64,000 bases of DNA from Macrostomum lignano. Its lineage: Eukaryota. This document shows positions 9,845 to 18,665 of this stretch, in pieces; within the stretch, counting starts at the first letter, position 1; the number at the start of each line of letters is the position of its first letter. Position numbers and translations under genes: made by a program. The notes under the pieces are model-generated. The model was not told the DNA's origin. It worked only from the letters and a program-made list of their open reading frames with translations, and ran no database searches. The stretch covers positions 1 through 64,000 of the forward strand of contig NIVC01001383.1 of assembly GCA_002269645.1 (NCBI GenBank), in the 5' to 3' direction.

Positions 9845-10534
9845 ATGCGAACTAACGAGAGTAGTAGTTTTCAACGAATGTATCTAGTACCTGAATCTGT
9901 GTATCAATCTGCATGTCAAGGTGCAGAGCAAGGATCGTCACCAACTGCTGAGACACCTCGAAAAACTGAAGTTTTAGACGCACCGCAAGATGCTCTGGCA
10001 AAAAATATGGTGGAAATGAGAGACCAAATGGATAACTTGGACAAGGAAATGGAAAAGGAGCCAAATTACACAGCTCAATTGAAACGAAGCAGATTGGAAG
10101 ACAAACTTTTAAAATTGCGCAAAGTCTATCGCACTGGAGACGAGGACAATCTGTCACTTGTTCGCAAAGGGACTACTGTAAGAAGTTCATATGCCAGCGA
10201 ATCAAGGGAAATTCCTAAAGTTTTTTTACCACGTTTCGAAGCTCTCGCTCAAAACCTATTTTCGGACATGGACAAGAATGCAGAACCAATGCTGGCTAAT
10301 TTGACTGATGCCGAGATACAAGATCTCATGGAATATGTTGTTCGAGACAGACCGCTTAAGCGACACGAGACTCAACCGCCTAGTGGACTAAAAACATTTT
10401 TAGACTTTCTTCGAAAACGTGGAATCGCAGCAAACCAAATCGGGCGTCATGTACGAAACGAGCTAATGTCTGCTCCAAAAACTGTTGCAAAGGAGGATCT
10501 TAGTCTGTTTGAAAATTATCAAACACTGAATTAA
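9845..10534 (+). CDS. Polinton hypothetical protein
   Basis: 229-aa ORF with a RMYLVPESVY N-terminal motif like those in other Polinton ORFs, co-oriented in the structural block. Confidence 0.7.
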   Translation: MRTNESSSFQRMYLVPESVYQSACQGAEQGSSPTAETPRKTEVLDAPQDALAKNMVEMRDQMDNLDKEMEKEPNYTAQLKRSRLEDKLLKLRKVYRTGDEDNLSLVRKGTTVRSSYASESREIPKVFLPRFEALAQNLFSDMDKNAEPMLANLTDAEIQDLMEYVVRDRPLKRHETQPPSGLKTFLDFLRKRGIAANQIGRHVRNELMSAPKTVAKEDLSLFENYQTLN

Positions 10535-10646
10535 GTTGTTTTAAAATTACAGATTACGTTTTAACAAAATTGATTCGAGCACTATAAGCTTTTTAAAAAG
10601 GTTAATTTTTTGTTTATGAAAAATATATAGTTTAATAAGACAAACC

Positions 10647-10835
10647 ATGTCATCTATCTTCCAAAAACTTTTGATTCGTCTCTGTGAGTTTTTTTGCATA
10701 AAATCTGAATGTGTGCCGTTTCTGGGAAAGGAGCACAACGAGGATACTGACGGAGATTCGATCGAGGCTTCGTTCTTTTGTTGCAACTGTCAAACGACTA
10801 GCATCAATCTAACTGATGATGAAGCGAGTGCGTAA
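10647..10835 (+). CDS. Small Cys-containing ORF overlapping the integrase start
   Basis: 62 aa; TATAAGCT 64 bp upstream; function unknown. Confidence 0.4.
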   Translation: MSSIFQKLLIRLCEFFCIKSECVPFLGKEHNEDTDGDSIEASFFCCNCQTTSINLTDDEASA

Positions 10836-11976
10836 GGAAATTGAAGAATTTTTGACGGATGCTTTTTTTAACTTGAACAGGCCTACTTCATTTAGTGGTA
10901 ACAAGACTATACTTGTTCGTGAAGTACGTAAAAAGTTTCCACAGATTACGAACAAAGTTGCAAAGCGCGAAGTTGATAATTGGGTGCGATCAACAAATGA
11001 GCATCATTTATTTCGAAAAACACGACGAAACTTTCCAACTCCAAAAATTAGTGTGCCACCAGTTGCAAAGTTTCAGTTTCAAATCGATTTGGCAGATTTA
11101 CCTCAATACAAGACGGAAAATCGAGGTTATCGTTACATACTTGTTCTTATCGACTGTTTTACTAGAGTTGTACGACTAAGACCATTGCGTACAAAGAAGC
11201 CTTCAGAAGTTAGTCAAGTATTACTAGAGATTTTTCGAAGTGGTTTTAAGCCTGTTTATTTACAAGGTGATGCTGGTATGGAGTTTCTCGGAAGAGCTAC
11301 ACGTCAAATGCTGAAACAGGAAGGAGTTCGATTTTTTGTTAGCCAAAGCAATTACAAGGCAAGCATGGCTGAACGATTTATCCGCTCGTTAAAGGAACGT
11401 CTATTACGATACTTTCGAGCAAAAAATTTACCTCGATGGTTTGACATTTTACCGCAATTGGAAGATAATTTCAACTCTAGTCCTCATCGATCCTTGAGTG
11501 GAGAAACACCAAAACGGGTAGAGACAGACCCGCATTTACAAGGAATTTTGTGGGACAAAATGTTTGCGAAGTCGTACACTAAAAAGAATGAGAATAAATT
11601 TAAAGTTGGTGATTGGGTTAGAATTACACGACGTCGAGGAACATTTGAAAAAGGATACACTACGACTTGGAGTAATTCAAAATATCGCATTCATCGTGTA
11701 CACTTGACAGACCCGCCAATGTACGAATTAGTGGACCCTGAAGATGGATTTGAAGTGCTGAAAGGAAGGTTTAACCAAGCGGAACTAATGTTGGTAAACG
11801 AGACAGATGAAACACCTAATGAAATTGAAAAAGTTATTGAAACTGATCGAGCGAAAAATGGAAGTCGTCTGTATCTAGTAAAATGGAAAGGTATGCCAAT
11901 CTCAAGAAGTCAGTGGTTAAACGAAAATGATCTTGACGCAAAGACTGCTAAACTATTTTCTAAAGTGTATAAGTAA
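10816..11976 (+). CDS. Retroviral-type (rve) DDE integrase with C-terminal chromodomain
   Basis: QFQIDLAD / LQGDAGMEF / MAERFIRSLK triad; KFKVGDWVRI; IEKVI..YLVKWKG..SQWL chromodomain. Confidence 0.97.
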   Translation: MMKRVRKEIEEFLTDAFFNLNRPTSFSGNKTILVREVRKKFPQITNKVAKREVDNWVRSTNEHHLFRKTRRNFPTPKISVPPVAKFQFQIDLADLPQYKTENRGYRYILVLIDCFTRVVRLRPLRTKKPSEVSQVLLEIFRSGFKPVYLQGDAGMEFLGRATRQMLKQEGVRFFVSQSNYKASMAERFIRSLKERLLRYFRAKNLPRWFDILPQLEDNFNSSPHRSLSGETPKRVETDPHLQGILWDKMFAKSYTKKNENKFKVGDWVRITRRRGTFEKGYTTTWSNSKYRIHRVHLTDPPMYELVDPEDGFEVLKGRFNQAELMLVNETDETPNEIEKVIETDRAKNGSRLYLVKWKGMPISRSQWLNENDLDAKTAKLFSKVYK

Positions 11977-12017
11977 CACATGAATTGGGATTGCATGACG
12001 AAGAGAAGACTGTTGAA

Positions 12018-12476
12018 ATGGATCCTATTTTTGCTTTTTATTCTGGTCCGAATAGATCTGCTGAAGGTGGAGGTGGATATGGCATTCCTGTTTACGAAGG
12101 TTACGGTTTTTTGTCAAATTTGGCGGACAGATTGGTGTATCCTGTACTACGCAACGCAAAGAAAGATTTCTTGGATCGTGGTCTGGAGTATTTGAAAAGT
12201 GCGACAGCAAAAATTGGTATGGGTCGGAAGCGTCACTTGGACACAGAATCGAGCGAAGAGATGTTTAATACAACTGCAGTTTCGAGACCAAAGCGAAGGA
12301 AAAGAACCAGTGGAGTGGCTATAAGCTTAGGAAAGAAGAAACGGCAAAAGAAACGACGAACAAGACAGTGTGGAAAGGGACGCGTGAACAAAAGAAAACG
12401 CAAGAAGACCGGTGGTATAGGAAAACGTCGAACTGCTACTGCAAGCAAGAAACTTTTTAGTCTGTTTGAAAAGTAG
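12018..12476 (+). CDS. Arg/Lys-rich core (pVII-like) DNA-condensing protein with adenain-type sites
   Basis: GGGYG|IP, EGYG|FLSNL and CGKG|R motifs followed by long K/R tracts; probable ATG at 12018 (ORF track 11985). Confidence 0.75.
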   Translation: MDPIFAFYSGPNRSAEGGGGYGIPVYEGYGFLSNLADRLVYPVLRNAKKDFLDRGLEYLKSATAKIGMGRKRHLDTESSEEMFNTTAVSRPKRRKRTSGVAISLGKKKRQKKRRTRQCGKGRVNKRKRKKTGGIGKRRTATASKKLFSLFEK

Positions 12477-12477
12477 C

Positions 12478-13800
12478 ATGAACCATTTGCTTGGACCTGA
12501 TATTGCTGCTCTTAAAAGTGAATTGTCGCTATTTGATCAAAGTCCTGTTCAGTTTAGTGTTTTGGATAATCGATATACTAACATTCAACCGCAACATGGT
12601 ATTACAAAAGGATCACCTATCGAATTTGAAGTTGTGCCTGCAGGCGATTTGTATTTGGATCTACAAGAAACTGTGCTCACGGTATGCTTCAGCGTTAGTG
12701 ATAGTGAAGGTGAACCTATAGATGCAACGAAAAATTTTGTTTGTTTGAATAATTTGGTTATTGGAACATTGTTTGAGGACGTTCAATTTACTATTGGCGA
12801 TACTGTAGTTGAAGGTGGTAGTTTTATGTATCCATACAAGGCTATGCTTCTTACATTACTGGAATATGGACATACAGCTCAGAAGGCTGGTTTACTGCCG
12901 TGGGGGTTTTACAAGGATACAGCTGGTAAAATGAATGCAACAAGTGAAAACGATGGACGAACAAAGAGGCAGGCGCTCATTGCTAACAATAGGCGGTGCA
13001 CTGTATCGGGGCCGTTATTCTTGGATTTGTTTCGTCAGCCTCGGTATCTACTATCAAAGACACCACTACGGATCAAGCTCATACCGGCAAAAAGTAAATT
13101 TGTCCTGAGCGGGTCAACATTAGAAGCTGGTGCGGTTTTAAAAGACTATGAGATCAAGTTTTTGCGTGCAGAACTACGATTGCGGTTTGTTCAACCCTCG
13201 CCGAGTGTTATCAGTGCACATGCTCATGGACTTAAAAGTCACAATGCATTATATCCGCACCGAAGTCTAAGCCTTGGTACGTTTACTATACCCCGAGGAT
13301 CGTCTAGCCATACGCATGAAAATTTGTTTCCTAGTGGGGTACCACGGCTTTTATTGATGGCAATCGTAAGCAACAAGGCATTCAATGGAAGCATGGACAC
13401 AAATCCGTTCAACTTTGAGCATGCAAATGTGAGCAGCATTGGTGTGTTTGTGAATGGAGACTCGGTACCATCGCGTCCGCTGCAGACAAACTTTGGAGAT
13501 GATTGTGTGACAGAGTATAATTTTTTGCTACAACAGCTTGGAATCTATCTACAGGGACGAGATATTGGATTTAATATGCTGGATTACGCCAATGGTTACT
13601 CAATTTTTGCATTCAGTCTTGGAAGTGAACCTGGTGTCGGACGGGGAGTGCAACTGTATAAGGAAGGAAATGTAAAACTAGAGTTACGCTTCAATGCTGC
13701 AACTAGTACCGTGTACAACGTCATATTTGGAGGTATATTTGACAAGCAACTGCAACTGACTGAACTTCGCGACATTGTTCCTGGCACAGTATGGAAGTAA
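12478..13800 (+). CDS. Double jelly-roll major capsid protein (hexon-like)
   Basis: KSELSLFD..PVQFSV, PIEF...YLDL, LDLFRQPRYL, NPFNFEHANV; Polinton MCP pattern, 440 aa. Confidence 0.95.
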   Translation: MNHLLGPDIAALKSELSLFDQSPVQFSVLDNRYTNIQPQHGITKGSPIEFEVVPAGDLYLDLQETVLTVCFSVSDSEGEPIDATKNFVCLNNLVIGTLFEDVQFTIGDTVVEGGSFMYPYKAMLLTLLEYGHTAQKAGLLPWGFYKDTAGKMNATSENDGRTKRQALIANNRRCTVSGPLFLDLFRQPRYLLSKTPLRIKLIPAKSKFVLSGSTLEAGAVLKDYEIKFLRAELRLRFVQPSPSVISAHAHGLKSHNALYPHRSLSLGTFTIPRGSSSHTHENLFPSGVPRLLLMAIVSNKAFNGSMDTNPFNFEHANVSSIGVFVNGDSVPSRPLQTNFGDDCVTEYNFLLQQLGIYLQGRDIGFNMLDYANGYSIFAFSLGSEPGVGRGVQLYKEGNVKLELRFNAATSTVYNVIFGGIFDKQLQLTELRDIVPGTVWK

Positions 13801-14354
13801 TTGATTCTATCCTAGATCGTGGTGTAACAGATCGCTTCCTTCGCAATGTTGTATCGAAATTGTGCGCACATTTTTTAAATGTTGTATTTCTTGGTGTTTT
13901 TCCTCAAAACTTTGTTGGTGGACTTAGACGCTTACCTTTAGACGGTAAAGACTATTTTTTTATCGTTAATACTGACGTCTCCAACCTGCCCGGAAAACAT
14001 TGGGTATGCGTTTGGGTTTATGGTCATCGAGCAGGTCGCGGTAGCAAACGACTTGGTGAATATTTTGATTCTCTTGGTCTAGTACCATTGCCAAGAATAG
14101 CAAAATGGCTAGGAAAAGAATGTGGAAATTCGAAAAATTGGTGTTATAGTCGCTTTGCTATCCAAGACCCACAGAGTGGAAGTTGTGGATTTTGGGTAAT
14201 TTTTTATATTTTTCATAAGTTGACTACCAGAGGAAACCTAGAGTGTTTTATTCGAAGCGTTTTTAAACGGAATATAATTCGCACTGGTTCGTTTCGATAC
14301 TTGTATGCTAAATTACGCAATTTTGTTTTACGAGTGCTGCCTCAATATTTGTAA
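13791..14354 (+). CDS. Adenain-type (C5) cysteine maturation protease
   Basis: FIVNTD..PGKHWVC, EYFDSLG, IQ...SGSCG (His-Asp-Gln-Cys). Confidence 0.95.
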   Translation: MEVIDSILDRGVTDRFLRNVVSKLCAHFLNVVFLGVFPQNFVGGLRRLPLDGKDYFFIVNTDVSNLPGKHWVCVWVYGHRAGRGSKRLGEYFDSLGLVPLPRIAKWLGKECGNSKNWCYSRFAIQDPQSGSCGFWVIFYIFHKLTTRGNLECFIRSVFKRNIIRTGSFRYLYAKLRNFVLRVLPQYL

Positions 14355-14588
14355 ACTCGCTAATTTGTGCGTCAAATTGTGTTTGTATCTAGTTGAAATA
14401 TACAATACTGCTTGAAAAGAAGAATTTAAATGCGTTAAGTTATACGCGAAATAAGCTTTGTGTCAAATTGAATTTTGGTTGGGCTTGTAATTAGCTGCAT
14501 TCATTGCGGATAGAATTTAGGTGGATAGACAGGTGTTTGCGTAAAAGTGATTCAGCTAATTGGTTAATTCATTGCGTAAAAGCTAGTT

Positions 14589-14692
14589 TGCGTGCACGGC
14601 AAATTTCAGACTCTGCCATTTTTTTGGGCCTGTACTTACTATGTATTTCGCCATAAGGAAATCGGCTTTGTGTCAAAAAAACGTATACTACT
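14589..14692 (-). repeat. Right terminal inverted repeat
   Basis: Reverse complement of 1-92 plus terminal ACGTATACTACT; followed by GGTGGG (predicted 6-bp TSD, unverifiable in this window). Confidence 0.95.
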
Positions 14693-15199
14693 GGTGGGGG
14701 GGGGGCGCCACATGCAGGAGCCATGCACAGTTTACAATGTGATAAATCTATTTGTGACCGCAGACAGGGCAGGCACCGATTTTTAAAAGAGCCGAAAATC
14801 TGCGGGTGCCCCGTGTTTGATTGGCGCTATGAATGGGTTTGCAACACTGTTGCATCACCGTATTATATATATATTATACTATAGCAATCGGATTGACTGA
14901 TTTTGATGAGCTGCTGGTTTGACTTTTACAGCACATTGTCAAAGTGATCGTTCGGTCCGGCGAGCTCAAATGCGAGACACACACAATGCCTTCATATTGG
15001 GCATTTCTAGACAAGATTGAGTGCGAGAACCATGAGGTTATTTATGTAAAAGTCGCGTGTTCCAAAGCCAGCCACCGTCAGTCACGCACTAATAATTATA
15101 TAGCTGCAAAATTATTAGTATTAATATGGTAGGTAAGTCTAAGTGCCTAAGTGCCTTCTAAGTTTCAAAAGTTCCTATAATTAGGTGCCAAAAATTCCT

Positions 15200-15410
15200 T
15201 CCAGTGGTGCTAGAAGTTCCTTCCAGTTCCAGTGGCATCAGAAGTTCCTTCCAGTGGCGCCAGAAGTTCCTTCCTATGGCGCTAGGAGTTCCTTCCAGTG
15301 GCGTCAGAAGTTCCTTACAGTGGCGCTAGGAGTTTCTTCCAGTGGCGCCAGAAGTTCCTTACAGTGGCGCCAGAAGTTCCTTACGGTGGCGATGACAAGA
15401 AAACCAGTGG
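15200..15410. repeat. About 22-bp minisatellite (ccagtggcgccagaagttcctt)
   Basis: Direct tandem copies visible. Confidence 0.85.
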
Positions 15411-16237
15411 CGCCATGAATTTCTTCCATTTTACAATTTTTTCAAAGTTTTTAGTTCTCGGTTTTTCTGCGAAGAAGAGAAAATGAATAAAAACAAAAAT
15501 GCTAGTTTCCTCGCATACTCTAATCTTTCCCGCATCTCCGAGGCTCCAAGAGTCTGCACTCCGCGGCTGGGGGAACTCGCGAATGAGCAACTAGCGCCAG
15601 CACCGCTATAAACTGCTCGCACGACGGCTCCCTGATTGAAGCACGCCGCTCGCTGTCTCTGTCCAGACGAGGACTTGTTTGGACAGAGAGTTGCCGCCAT
15701 GCCAGCTAAGAGGCGAGACTGCCTGTCTCCGCATGGGCAGGGATTTCTTGCTAATAATGCCCCCTCCCCCAAGGGAGGTTGAGACAGTCGCAGACTCCCG
15801 TGTTTGTGGTGGCGGTTCTGGAAAAACATGCCGGGGGCCGGGGCAGTTTTTGCCGGACATGGGGGATATACGAGCTATAGCTGCTGGTACCTGAGTTTGC
15901 CCCCCTCCCCACATTCCCTTATCTAGCAGTCATTACCTATATTTAGTCGCCAGGGCCCTCCCCACCGAATGTGTTTACTATATAAGAAATGTAAAGCAAG
16001 AATAACACAAAATTATTTGTCAAGCTGCTTGTTTAGCAAAAAGCACGACGCCACATGCAGATGAAAATCTGGCGCTTATATATAACAGTTATAAAACTGC
16101 CCCCTTCCCAATGTTCATGGCGTTCAGAGATGAATATTGGCTAGTGGCGAACTAATTGTCGGCAAAACTTTAAAAAGTTAAATCTCTTAATTTTTTATTT
16201 TTGTTTATCCCAAAAAGATTTTAGACTTTTGTGAAGT

Positions 16238-16790
16238 TTAAGGTCCATGTCTTGTGTTTTAGGTCTAATGAAGTTTAGGTCTTGTGAAGTTTAAGTCTAA
16301 TGAAGTTTAGGTCAAATGAAGTTTAGGTCTAATGAAGTTTAGGTCTAATGAAGTTTAGGTCTAATGAAGTTTAGGTCTAATGAAGTTTAGGTCTAATGAA
16401 GTTTTGGTCTAATGAAGTTTAGGTCTAATGAAGTTTAGGTCTTGTGAAGTTTAAGTCTAATGAAGTTTAGGTCAAATGAAGTTTAGGTCTAATGAAGTTT
16501 AGGTCTAATGAAGTTTAGGTCTAATGAAGTTTAGGTCTAATGAAGTTTAGGTCTAATGAAGTTTAGGTCTAATGAAGTTTAGGTTTAATGAAGTTTAGGT
16601 CTAATGAAGTTTTGGTCTAATGAAGTTTAGGTCTAATGAAGTTTAGGTCTAATGAAGTTTAGGTCTAATGAAGTTTAGGTCTAATGAAGTTTAAGTCTAA
16701 TGAAGTTTAGGTCTAATGAAGTTTAGTTCTTGTGAAGTTTAAGTCTAATGAAGTTTAGGTCTTATAATAAGTTTATGTCTTGTGAAATTT
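16238..16790. repeat. 16-bp minisatellite (gtttaggtctaatgaa)
   Basis: Period 16 (16321 to 16337). Confidence 0.95.
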
Positions 16791-17269
16791 TTGTGTTGTG
16801 AAGTTGGTGCGGTAATGAGTGAAGCGATATGAGGAGTTGTGTTATGAATGTTGCGCGCCATCTTTGAGCGCCCCTTGATACTCCAGCTCCAGATGCCACT
16901 TCATATCTAGTACTCCCTGCCGAGCAAGCGCTGTCTCGAGCCAGACAGATCCACGCTGCCCAACCCCAGAAACTCGAAACTTAGCCGCTGCAGACTGGCG
17001 TCGATGCGACGTGCAGAAAACTCAGACAGTTGAGCATGCCGCGACCCCCCCCCCCAACTGCCCGCATAGAAACTTCTTGCCGTGTTAGTTTTGTTATAAT
17101 TTCGAGTATTATTGTGTCTTGCTTGTTGTCTGAATCCGTTCGGTCAGTTTTTTTAAACTAAAACTCGAGCTTCCGTTTCGAGTCCGAAGTCTGGACGGGT
17201 CATTAATAATTCATGCTATTGTGGCGTTGGAATGTTCCTTCACTGGAATTGCCCAACTTTTCTGCTGTC

Positions 17270-17410
17270 TCTACTCCTTCACTGAGGATCTCCGCTCCTT
17301 CACTGAGAATCTCCGCTCCTTCACTGAGGATCTCCGCCATTTCATTGAGGATCTCCGCTCCTTCACTGAGGATCTCCGCTCCTTCACTGGGGATTTCCGC
17401 TCCCTCACCC
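17270..17410. repeat. 21-bp minisatellite (cttcactgaggatctccgctc)
   Basis: About 6 tandem copies. Confidence 0.9.
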
Positions 17411-18104
17411 AGGAAAACTTTAGGAAGGAAGCTAAAGGGAATTTAAAAGAAACCAAAAACAGTTTTTTATTTTCCAGCGTAGGTGACTCCGCACAGAATT
17501 AGCAATTCAGATGGCAGACTGCAGACTTTTCTGTCTGACTCGAAGAGTATAAGAAGTTATGACGGGAACTGAAAACATTGGGATAATTCCGTTCTCGTGA
17601 AATCGTTTGGCGACACGAATTGTCTGCCGAATCGGATTATTTATTTATCCAGGACTATATGATTATTATTAGTAACTGAAACTCCAATAGGTTGCTTTTT
17701 AGTCTGCTTTAAAATCACCTGCTCCAACTTTCGGTATTAGCAGGCACACGGTGAATCCAGGATATCATAAACACTGATATGCCAGCTTTCACGCCGGAGC
17801 TGCAGTATGTAGACAAACTGTCCAAAATGTAACACAGATAGACAACATTTCAACATATTTATAGTTATTTTGCATAAGTGTTTTTTGCTGTTTCCAAGTG
17901 AAAGTTTGCTAGACTGGCTCAAACCACTGGGGATGGGTGCGCCATGTCCTTGATTCGAATTTACTAATAATGCTAATGCATTTAGCTCGAGCTCGTGTTC
18001 ATGCCGACTGTAAATTGCATTTATATATAAAATTTGGCAAGTACTTTTGCACCTAAATGCATTTATTCAATTTTGAAATCAGTTTTTCCTGAGATTTTGA
18101 GAAT

Positions 18105-18665
18105 TCGGGAAGTTTTTTGGGAATGAGGATTGGGAAGTTTTGGGGATTGGGAAGTTTCGAGGATTGGGAAGTTTTGGGGATTGGGAAGTTTCGGGGATTG
18201 GGAAGTTTTGGGGATTGGGAAGTTTCGGGGATTGGGAAGTTTTGGGGATTGGGAAGTTTCGGGGATTGGGAAGTTTTGGGGATTGGGAAGTTTCGGGGAT
18301 TGGGAAGTTTTGGGGATTGGGATTTTTCGGGGATTGGGAAGTTTTGGGGATTGGGAAGTTTCGGGGATTGGGAAGTTTTGGGGATTGGGAAGTTTCGGGG
18401 ATTGGGAAGTTTTGGGGATTGGGAAGTTTCGGGGATTGGGAAGTTTTGGGGATTGGGAAGTTTCGGGGATTGGGAAGTTTCGAGGAGTGGGAATTCTTGA
18501 AGATTGGGAATTCTTGAGGATTGGGAATTCTTGAGGATTGGGAATTCTTGAGGATTGGGAATTCCTGAGGATTGGGAATTCTTGAGGATTGGGAATTCTT
18601 GAGGACTGGGAATTCTTGAGGATTGGGAAGTTTTTGGTATTAAGAAGTTTTGGGGATTGGGAAGT
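18105..18665. repeat. 17-bp minisatellite (ttgggaagtttYgggga) grading into the variant attgggaattcttgagg
   Basis: Period 17 with C/T alternation giving a 34-bp dimer. Confidence 0.95.

Larger units (their letters stand above)
7146..13663 (+). promoter_or_regulatory. Recurrent TATAAG(C) motif upstream of structural-block genes
   Basis: TATAAGCAA at 7146, 8309, 9352; TATAAGCAC 9747; TATAAGCT 10583, 12320; TATAAGTAA 11968; TATAAGG 13657. Confidence 0.65.
1..14692 (+). mobile_element. Polinton/Maverick (adintovirus-like) endogenous dsDNA virus, about 14.7 kb; left terminus about 12 bp before window start
   Basis: TIRs at both ends; right end ...CGTATACTACT has the AGTAGT/ACTACT-type terminus; contains integrase, A32-like ATPase, double jelly-roll MCP, penton, adenain and PLA2, all on the + strand. 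Confidence 0.96.

Noticed and set aside
15470-17080. Two GC-richer segments sharing cgctgtctc..ccagac (15651 and 16929), possibly transposon coding remnants
   Set aside because: Match is short (15/18) and no family could be recognised from the translations
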